From an uncultured Actinomycetota bacterium (GTDB lineage: Bacteria; Actinomycetota; Humimicrobiia; Humimicrobiales; Humimicrobiaceae), in the NCBI GenBank assembly GCA_964578525.1, contig CAZODG010000002.1, positions 1 to 43,424 on the forward strand: 43,424 nucleotides of DNA, written 5' to 3'. Each line of letters begins with the position of its first letter. Positions within the stretch are counted from its first letter, which is position 1. The notes beneath the pieces are model-generated. The model searched no databases, was not told the origin of the DNA, and worked only from the letters and a program-made list of their open reading frames with translations. Below are positions 8,533 to 15,639 of this stretch, in pieces. A program made the position numbers and the translations under genes.

Positions 8533-9513
8533 TTACTCTTCTTCGAGAATGTACTCGGTCAGATCAGCCGGAATCACAAGGCCAATCTCTTCGGCAACAA
8601 CACCATTGATTGCATAATCAAATTCGGTAGCCGATTCGATTGCCATTGTGGCAGGTTCTGCTTCGCCTTTTAAAATCTTAACAGCCATGAGGCCAGTCTG
8701 GTATCCAAGATCGTAATAATTAATTCCCAGTGTTGCCAGACCGCCAGCTATTACCATGCCGGACTCACCGCAGATTACCGGTGTTTTTGACTCTACTGTA
8801 ACTCCGTTTATCACGGGCATGGAAGATGCCAGTATATTATCGGTAGGAAGATAAAGCGCATCACAGTCTTGCACGATTGACTGAGCAGCCTGCTGCACAT
8901 CATTGGAATTAGTAATGGTAACTTCCGTATAGGTAAGGCCCATCTCCTCTATGACTGCTTTTGCGATTTCTGCCTGCACGATGGAATTATCCTCACTGGA
9001 AGTATAGATTACGCCTATAGTCTGGACATCCGGAACCAGTTTTACGAGTAATTCAATCTGTTCCCTGATTGGGTTCATGTCCGTGGTGCCACTGACATTA
9101 CCGCCGGGGGCTTCATTGGAATCCACAAGCTTAGCAGCTTCATAATCCGTAATAGCTGTTCCAAGTATGGGGATATCTTTTGTCTTGCCTGCAATGGACT
9201 GAGCCGCAGGTGTTGCGATAGCAAGTACCAGATCCACCTTGTTTGCAACAAAACGGTCACTGATGGTAGAAAGGTTGCTCTGGTCTGCCTGTGCATTCTG
9301 AAGATCAATTGTGATATTCTCGCCATCAACATAACCGTTGTCGGCAAGAGCATCGATAAATCCATCTCTGGCAGCATCCAGGGCGATATGTTCAACATAC
9401 TGGATAATACCTATCGTAGGATTTTTTGCTGCCTTGTCCTTACAACCTGATATTACCAGGGTAAAGGACATCACTAGCATGATAGCTAGTATGATAATTG
9501 CTGTTTTTTTCAA
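8533..9513 (-). CDS. ABC transporter substrate-binding lipoprotein (ABC_sub_bind / BMP-like family)
   Basis: Lipobox ISGC. IGIIQYVEH.ALD....GF...L...G fits the PF04392 family. TTG start with SD gaggagg 6 nt upstream. Confidence 0.85.
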   Translation of the reverse strand: MKKTAIIILAIMLVMSFTLVISGCKDKAAKNPTIGIIQYVEHIALDAARDGFIDALADNGYVDGENITIDLQNAQADQSNLSTISDRFVANKVDLVLAIATPAAQSIAGKTKDIPILGTAITDYEAAKLVDSNEAPGGNVSGTTDMNPIREQIELLVKLVPDVQTIGVIYTSSEDNSIVQAEIAKAVIEEMGLTYTEVTITNSNDVQQAAQSIVQDCDALYLPTDNILASSMPVINGVTVESKTPVICGESGMVIAGGLATLGINYYDLGYQTGLMAVKILKGEAEPATMAIESATEFDYAINGVVAEEIGLVIPADLTEYILEEE

Positions 9514-9560
9514 TTTAGCTCCTCCTCATTGTTTAATTCACAATTCTTAATAGTTATCTA

Positions 9561-9588
9561 ATTATAATGAAAAAAATTTTTATGTGAA
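9561..9588 (-). promoter_or_regulatory. Sigma70-type promoter of the ABC importer operon
   Basis: Minus strand reads TTCACA-N16-TATAAT, about 45 nt upstream of the TTG start. Confidence 0.55.
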
Positions 9589-9751
9589 TAGATATAAGAA
9601 TATTTGTATAAATGAGGTTTTTTGATGTTTTTGGTAGATTCTAAAAGATCAGGCTATTTCCGGGAAGTTTTTATTGCATTTATATCTGCCCTATTGATTA
9701 TTTTTTAATCTTCAAACAGAAGAAGATACTGCGGAATCAACAACTCATAGA

Positions 9752-9832
9752 TTTAGTCTATAAGCCGAGTTATAGACTAAAAATACTTAGAAGATGTGTT
9801 TAAGGTTGTAATAATAAAATAGATAATTATTA
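9752..9832. repeat. Intergenic repeat element, copy B, with a perfect 11-bp hairpin
   Basis: tttagtctata-agccgagt-tatagactaaa hairpin at 9752-9781. From the loop onward (9764-9813) it is near-identical to 473-522. Confidence 0.8.
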
Positions 9833-9922
9833 ACTTCAACATCAAGATTTCCGATAGATTTTATTTCTCTTACAATAATTCTTTTAATTGATCTTTCTTC
9901 TAATGAAATCACTTAAAGAGTT

Positions 9923-9950
9923 TTTATAAATTGCTCTTTAGTGCTAAAAT
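9923..9950 (+). promoter_or_regulatory. Sigma70-type promoter (TTTATA-N16-TGcTAAAAT), cassette copy 2
   Basis: Same architecture as 3853-3880 and 30/33 nt identity to it. It lies about 50 nt upstream of the TIR gene. Confidence 0.5.
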
Positions 9951-10000
9951 TTTTAAATATCCAAAAGAATCTTTAAATATTAGGGGTCAGACAGTATTTT

Positions 10001-11014
10001 ATGAAAAATGATACTTCCAAAATGTACACATATGACTTTGCAATTTCGTATGCAAGTGAGGAAGAAGAAATAGCCAGAAGAATTTCTCAGTCAATCAAAG
10101 AAAAAAATTGCGACTATGCAATCTTTTTTGCACCTAACGAGAGGGCTAAGCTGATTGGACAAGATGGAGAAAAGTTTTTTGAAAATTTATTTGCATATTC
10201 AAAACAAGTGATTGTTATATTATCTGAGAACTATAAGAGAAAAGAATGGCCAAGATATGAATGGGATATAATCAGAAAAAAAATTAAGGAGAATAGATTT
10301 TTTCCAATTAAAACTGATAATGTAGAAATCTTAGGTCTACCTTCAAGTTTTATTTACTATCGCTTCTCAAATAATTTTGAAGATATAGCTTCCTTATGTA
10401 TTGAAAAATTAATTTCCTTTGAACGCGAAATTGGAATTAAAAGAGAAACAGAGTTTCAAAAAATGGTAAAAGACTTACGCGAGTCAAGGGGCACAATTGA
10501 TAAATCTTTTCAATTAGTTGTTGATAAGAGACAGAGAACACCCCTTAAAGATATTAACTATCCAACAGATAATTATAATAAATCTTATAAAATCATTTCA
10601 GAAGAAAACCTGTCATTTTCAGTAATTTCCAGATTAAAAATAAAAATTGATTTACCTGATAACTTAAGTAAAGATGAGGTAGTTTTTAATATTAAACATT
10701 GTACTGCCTATATTTTTAATAACAAAAAACCTGATGCTTTAGCTATATTTATATATTCCTCAAAATCTAAAAATTTTCAAGATTTCGGAAAGTTTAATGT
10801 AGCAAGGGCTGAATTTGCACCTTTTGGTGATTGGGGAAAAGCTGAAGAAGGATTTGTATACAATTTACCTTCGGATAAATTTGAATGGAAGATAGAATTC
10901 GAGGAAAGCTATTTTGATAAAAGTAAAAAAATGAAAACAGCAGATGAATTAGCTAGAGATTTGATTCTTGAAATACTAAAAAACAAACATAAAGAGAATG
11001 ATACATCTAAATAA
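10001..11014 (+). CDS. TIR-domain protein with an uncharacterised C-terminal domain of about 200 aa
   Basis: N-terminus YDFAISYASEE..IA..I...L (TIR beta-A) and VIVILSENYKRKEWPRYEWDII (S.NY..S.W...E motif). The predicted catalytic Glu is E87, codon 10259-10261. Residues from about 140 to 337 match nothing I recognise. Confidence 0.8.
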   Translation: MKNDTSKMYTYDFAISYASEEEEIARRISQSIKEKNCDYAIFFAPNERAKLIGQDGEKFFENLFAYSKQVIVILSENYKRKEWPRYEWDIIRKKIKENRFFPIKTDNVEILGLPSSFIYYRFSNNFEDIASLCIEKLISFEREIGIKRETEFQKMVKDLRESRGTIDKSFQLVVDKRQRTPLKDINYPTDNYNKSYKIISEENLSFSVISRLKIKIDLPDNLSKDEVVFNIKHCTAYIFNNKKPDALAIFIYSSKSKNFQDFGKFNVARAEFAPFGDWGKAEEGFVYNLPSDKFEWKIEFEESYFDKSKKMKTADELARDLILEILKNKHKENDTSK

Positions 11015-11052
11015 AAGACTTTTTACCTTAATTATTCATTTTCATTATTATT

Positions 11053-11138
11053 AGGAGAGGGAGGGATTCGAACCCCCGGAGGACAAAGCCCTCAACAGTT
11101 TTTAAGACCGCCGCATTCGACCACTCTGCCACCTCTCC
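11053..11138 (-). tRNA. Type-II (long variable arm) tRNA, anticodon UAA, so tRNA-Leu(UAA)
   Basis: Minus strand reads GGAGAGG-TG-GCAG..TGC-G-GCGGT-CUUAAAA-ACUGU-(variable arm GAGGGC-UUU-GUCCUC)-GGGGG-TTCGAAT-CCCTC-CCTCTCC. The cloverleaf folds by hand. There is no encoded CCA. The discriminator is U. Confidence 0.85.
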
Positions 11139-11238
11139 AACACTCCATAGGAGTGTTTGCATTAAGTTATCACAATCTTAAATAAACATAAATATTTTAA
11201 TTTTTAATATTTATAATTTTTCAGAATACTACCTAAAA

Positions 11239-12456
11239 TTATTCGATAAAGGTTATATATTTTAATGTGTTTGGATTAAATTTAGTATTATCTTTTAGAT
11301 ATTTATTAATCGATTTTCTTAATATTTCCTCAAGGCTATTTAAGTCTTCAAAATTTGGGATTAAAATTTTTTCACCGTGTAATATATCACTTCTTAAGTT
11401 ATAACTTTTTAAAACTAAATCAAAGATTTTTTTTCTTTCTGAATTATTGTCTTTGAGCAAAAATGCAGTTCTAATAGCAAGTTTATATTGTAGCTCTTGA
11501 TTTATATCTTTCAGGAATAAAGCTTCTAATCCTATAATAAAATCTATTAGTTTATTAATTAAATTCTGATTGTTAATACCACTATCAAACCTCTGAACTG
11601 CGATATTAAAATTATTCTCTTTAATTATTTTTAAATTTTTATAAATATTTTGAAACTTCTTTAAATCTGCAGAAGAGAATTCAAAAACTTCATCAAATAA
11701 CAGATTTCGTTCTGTAGTTGAAATGCTATGAAAGTCTTTATAAAAGCTTACTACGAAAGAATATATATTGTTACCTAAAAAAACTCCCGATCTCCTCATA
11801 ATTCTTAAACTTTTTATTACATTTTTAAATGTTTCTCTTGATATATTATTCTCATCATATAGTTCTTTGTTTCTTTCTAAGTTAACACTTTTTATAGCAT
11901 TATCGTTTTCAACAATTATTTTTTTTAACCTATATTTCCTTTCTAGAACTGTGGAAAAATATATTTCATATAGAGGAAAAGGATATAAAACATCCATATT
12001 ATAGTCATCTATAATATGGATATCTTTTAAAAAATCAGGATCATTCCTAATATAAAAACTATCATCTATATGAATACATTCTTGCTCTAATTTGAAATTA
12101 AATAATCTAGCCTTATCAATCATTTCAAAGTATTCTGAATAAAATAAATCTTCAAATAGGATATAAAAATTTTTGAAATTTGCTTTATTAAGTTTTTTAT
12201 TAATTATTTCATTAATAAAATCAAATATTATATCTGTATAATCAAAAACCTGTTTTTCCATAGGGTAAATTATTTTATTAATGAAAGTTGATATTTTTTG
12301 ATCTTTTTTTAATTCTTCTAAAAATTCTTTATATTCATTCAATTGTATTATTGTTGAATTAAAAAATTTAAAATCTGAAACTTCAGACTTAAATATAGAC
12401 TTAGTTTTTTGATATAATTTGTAAGCTTTTTCAAATAATCTATTGTTTCTTACCAT
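11239..12456 (-). CDS. Protein with a C-terminal HEPN-like domain (Rx4H) and an unknown N-terminal region of about 290 aa
   Basis: The C-terminal region of about 110 aa reads IDFIIGLEALF...ELQYKLAIRTAFLL...IFDLVLKSYNLRSDILHGE. R355-x4-H360 (11377-11394) fits the HEPN RNase motif as seen in Apea-like and MAE_28990-like HEPN families. No Walker motif. Confidence 0.6.
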   Translation of the reverse strand: MVRNNRLFEKAYKLYQKTKSIFKSEVSDFKFFNSTIIQLNEYKEFLEELKKDQKISTFINKIIYPMEKQVFDYTDIIFDFINEIINKKLNKANFKNFYILFEDLFYSEYFEMIDKARLFNFKLEQECIHIDDSFYIRNDPDFLKDIHIIDDYNMDVLYPFPLYEIYFSTVLERKYRLKKIIVENDNAIKSVNLERNKELYDENNISRETFKNVIKSLRIMRRSGVFLGNNIYSFVVSFYKDFHSISTTERNLLFDEVFEFSSADLKKFQNIYKNLKIIKENNFNIAVQRFDSGINNQNLINKLIDFIIGLEALFLKDINQELQYKLAIRTAFLLKDNNSERKKIFDLVLKSYNLRSDILHGEKILIPNFEDLNSLEEILRKSINKYLKDNTKFNPNTLKYITFIE

Positions 12457-12477
12457 CTTAAATTCTCAGAATAAGTT

Positions 12478-13572
12478 TTAATACATTGTTATTACTCTTA
12501 ATATTTTTTGCTCTGGTATATATTCTAGTGAAACTAAAAACTTTATTATCTCCCCTGTATCACCAGCTATGACTTCAATTTGTATATTAAATTTTGTTGT
12601 ACTATGTTCCACATCATATTCCATATTATAGATATAATTATCCTTAATCTTGCTTCTAATTAATCCTTGAAGTTCTTTAATATTTATGTCCAACATGCAA
12701 CCTTTTTTAAATTTGCCACTTTTTTCCCCAAGTAAATATTTTAATTTACCTTCTTCTATTAGTATTTCAAAATCATCAATATTAAAAATAGTTCTTGAAA
12801 TGGTATTTAGGGAAAACAATGTATCTTCTTCAAAACCCTTATATACTTTACGTTCAATCTTATAAGATAGAAATAGATCAAAATACATCCCAGGCAAACT
12901 AATACAAGTATAGCCATTTTCTTCGAATGGGTAACCACGCATGTTAAAGTTTTTAGATTCTTCAACATCATCTTCGTGTCCCATTATTATATTACTTTTA
13001 TTTTTTATAAAATCATTGATTACTGTCATTGACGCATAAGTTTTCATATAGCTAGAGTTTGTCACATCAATAAAACCGACATATGGTTTAAAACTCTTAA
13101 GACCTTCATTCATCTTATTAAACATATTAATTGTCATGTTATTTATATATACAAAAAATAGTAAACTACTATGTATGTAAGTAAAATCTTTAACTAATAT
13201 TATTGATTCAGCAAACTTTTCATATAAAAAATCTTGACTCTTATTATGATTAATAAAATCTCCAGCCAGTACACTATGAGAACTTCGCTTATCAAGTAAG
13301 GGTATTATCTTTTCAAATACTGGGTATCCATAAAAAGATGAGTCTATTTCTTTGCTATTAAAAACAAAAATAATTTCTAAACGATCCAAACTTGGAGTTA
13401 AACAGCTTTTTAAATTCTGATATTCTATTCCTTTTATTCGCAAAATCTCAACTGTTTTTTGAAATGCATTATTTATTTCAAAATACATCTGTTCATGGTT
13501 AAGATTAAAATAACTAGCTATAACCTCAAGCATTACATTATCTCTTCCATTTATTGTAAATATAGTACTCAT
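12478..13572 (-). CDS. Hypothetical protein, no recognisable domain (upstream partner of the HEPN gene)
   Basis: 364-aa ORF ending 21 nt before the HEPN gene start on the same strand. No P-loop, TM or nuclease motif identified. Confidence 0.65.
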   Translation of the reverse strand: MSTIFTINGRDNVMLEVIASYFNLNHEQMYFEINNAFQKTVEILRIKGIEYQNLKSCLTPSLDRLEIIFVFNSKEIDSSFYGYPVFEKIIPLLDKRSSHSVLAGDFINHNKSQDFLYEKFAESIILVKDFTYIHSSLLFFVYINNMTINMFNKMNEGLKSFKPYVGFIDVTNSSYMKTYASMTVINDFIKNKSNIIMGHEDDVEESKNFNMRGYPFEENGYTCISLPGMYFDLFLSYKIERKVYKGFEEDTLFSLNTISRTIFNIDDFEILIEEGKLKYLLGEKSGKFKKGCMLDINIKELQGLIRSKIKDNYIYNMEYDVEHSTTKFNIQIEVIAGDTGEIIKFLVSLEYIPEQKILRVITMY

Positions 13573-13657
13573 TTTCTTTAAAAATATTAATAAAGCCCTT
13601 GATTCTACTACATTATACTACTACCCTCCCCATAATTAATAATTCAAAACTATTTTT

Positions 13658-14533
13658 ATGAACCAATACATTGATTATTTCTTAAATTACTTACAAACAG
13701 AAAAAGACGCTGCAAAATCCACAATTCATAAATACAGAGCTGATTTAGAAAGATTATTTGAATATTTACAAGTAACTGATATTAATGAAATTAATCAAAA
13801 TCATTTAAGAGATTATTTAAATCATATCAGACAAACTTATAGCTACACTTCAAGTTCAATTGCAAATAAGATTAATATATTACATCACTTTTTCAGGTTT
13901 CTTGATAATTCCGGTTACATAAAAATCAACCCTGCTATTTTAATTAGACCACCAAGAAAAAAAGTTAAAATTCCAAAAGTATTTAATGATATTGAACTTG
14001 AAAAATTCTTAAGTGCAACTGAACACAATACCTATACCAAATATAAAAAATATGCTTTACGAGATAAATTAATCTTTACAATGTTTGCTTATACTGGACT
14101 GAGGCGAACTGAACTTATTAACCTAAACTGGAATGATATTAATTTAGGAAATAGGTATTTAATTGTAAGAAAATCTAAAAATAAAAATCAAAGAATAATA
14201 CCGCTTCATGATAAGATTCTTGAGTTATTGGATAAATATTTATCTGAAAGACTGCCTTTAAAAAATAATGCCTTATTTATCGGCAGAACAGTACAGTGTA
14301 TTCATCATAACAGTTTAAAAAATCTATTTGACCGGTATATTAAAATTGCAGGGCTTTCTGGTAAAGGCTTTACAATTCATACTTTAAGACATACTTTTGC
14401 AACAAGATTACTCAATAAAGATGTAAGCCTTGTTAATATTAAGAATTTGATTGGTCATAGAAGTTTAGAATCGACACAGATTTACTTACATGTAACTGGA
14501 AAAGAGTTGGAAGAATCAATAAAGATGCTCTAA
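13658..14533 (+). CDS. Tyrosine site-specific recombinase (XerC/XerD-like integrase)
   Basis: N-terminal SAM-like core-binding domain (YLQTEKDAAKSTIHKYRADL). Catalytic residues in GLRRTEL, HTLRHTFAT and GHRSLESTQIYLHV (R-H-R-Y). Confidence 0.9.
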   Translation: MNQYIDYFLNYLQTEKDAAKSTIHKYRADLERLFEYLQVTDINEINQNHLRDYLNHIRQTYSYTSSSIANKINILHHFFRFLDNSGYIKINPAILIRPPRKKVKIPKVFNDIELEKFLSATEHNTYTKYKKYALRDKLIFTMFAYTGLRRTELINLNWNDINLGNRYLIVRKSKNKNQRIIPLHDKILELLDKYLSERLPLKNNALFIGRTVQCIHHNSLKNLFDRYIKIAGLSGKGFTIHTLRHTFATRLLNKDVSLVNIKNLIGHRSLESTQIYLHVTGKELEESIKML

Positions 14534-14538
14534 TTATT

Positions 14539-15135
14539 TTATTTTTTGGTATTTGTCTTGGTTTCTCCCTTAAAGGTCATTACCCCATCTACTTTTATGG
14601 TGAATATATTTTTAAATTCTTTTTCAATCATATTTAAATAATCATCGATCTCTCTTTTTATACTAATCTCATTGAAAAGAAAGTTTAAATTATCTTTTAT
14701 GTCTATTAGTAATCCTGGATTGAACTTCTTTAAATTATCAATTAAGATTCTAATGCTATTTTTGTAATATAGGTATGTACTAAAATAAACATCAATCTCA
14801 TTTATTGAAATTTTATTTAATTTTAATAATCTTCCTAGTTTTGATAAAAATAATATCAATCTATAGCTTCTTTTATTTATATCTTCGTTGTATTTGTCAC
14901 CCTTAAATTCTTCCTTTGCAAAATCTTCAAAAAATTTTAAATGATCATTTACAAACTCATCTCTTAGAATAAAACCTAAGTTATTTTGATCCTCAATTTC
15001 TTTATTTTTCCTATCTAATGCCCTATCAGTTAAATAATCTCTAAATTTATAAAAAGCAATTACCGCTGTTGCTGTAACAATAGCAGCCATAAAAATTGTA
15101 CCAAATCCTGTTAAAATATTCGGCCAGTTCAACAT
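14539..15135 (-). CDS. Membrane-anchored hypothetical protein (last gene of the R-M-vsr operon)
   Basis: Single N-terminal TM helix (ILTGFGTIFMAAIVTATAVIAFY) followed by about 165 aa of charged helical-looking sequence. It starts 14 nt after the vsr stop. Confidence 0.6.
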   Translation of the reverse strand: MLNWPNILTGFGTIFMAAIVTATAVIAFYKFRDYLTDRALDRKNKEIEDQNNLGFILRDEFVNDHLKFFEDFAKEEFKGDKYNEDINKRSYRLILFLSKLGRLLKLNKISINEIDVYFSTYLYYKNSIRILIDNLKKFNPGLLIDIKDNLNFLFNEISIKREIDDYLNMIEKEFKNIFTIKVDGVMTFKGETKTNTKK

Positions 15136-15149
15136 TTACTGCCCTCTTT

Positions 15150-15638
15150 TTAGTTTCTTTTAGTATATAAATCTATAACTCTACTCAGAGTTTCAATAAA
15201 GTTTTTATTAATTTCACATTCCCATATTACTAGAACAGCCCAACCTATGTTTTCAAGTCTTTTTATTTTTAATCTATCTCGTTCTTTGTTTCTTTTAAAT
15301 TTTTTTACCCAGAATTCTCTGTTTTCTTTTGGTAGTCTCAGATTACATTTTGGACACCTATGCCAAAAACAACCATTGATAAATATGGCTATCTTTAATC
15401 TAGGAAAACAGATATCAGGTCTACCAGGGACTTCCTTCCAACTTGTTCTATAGCCTCTAATACCTTCGGCGAATAAGGCTCGACGTAAACTAAGCTCAGG
15501 TTTTGTATTCTTAGAGACATTGCCTTTCATCGACTTTGAGACATTTTTTGAAGAAGCTTTTGGTGAAGGGCCTAAGAAAACTGACATCTTCTCTCGAAAA
15601 ATAAGATTGCCTTTTGCCCTTATATCAGACATATGCAA
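15150..15638 (-). CDS. vsr: Very-short-patch repair endonuclease
   Basis: SKNTKPELSLRRAL...G.RGYR and GRPDICFPRLKIAIFINGCFWHRC are hallmark Vsr motifs. Confidence 0.9.
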   Translation of the reverse strand: MHMSDIRAKGNLIFREKMSVFLGPSPKASSKNVSKSMKGNVSKNTKPELSLRRALFAEGIRGYRTSWKEVPGRPDICFPRLKIAIFINGCFWHRCPKCNLRLPKENREFWVKKFKRNKERDRLKIKRLENIGWAVLVIWECEINKNFIETLSRVIDLYTKRN

Positions 15639-15639
15639 A

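Noticed and set aside
10001-11014. Similar 15-nt strings at both ends of the TIR CDS (aatgatacttccaaa at the start, aatgatacatctaaa at the end, both encoding NDTSK)
   Set aside because: There are 3 mismatches in 15 nt of AT-rich sequence, so this is plausibly chance. No further flanking similarity suggests a target-site duplication.
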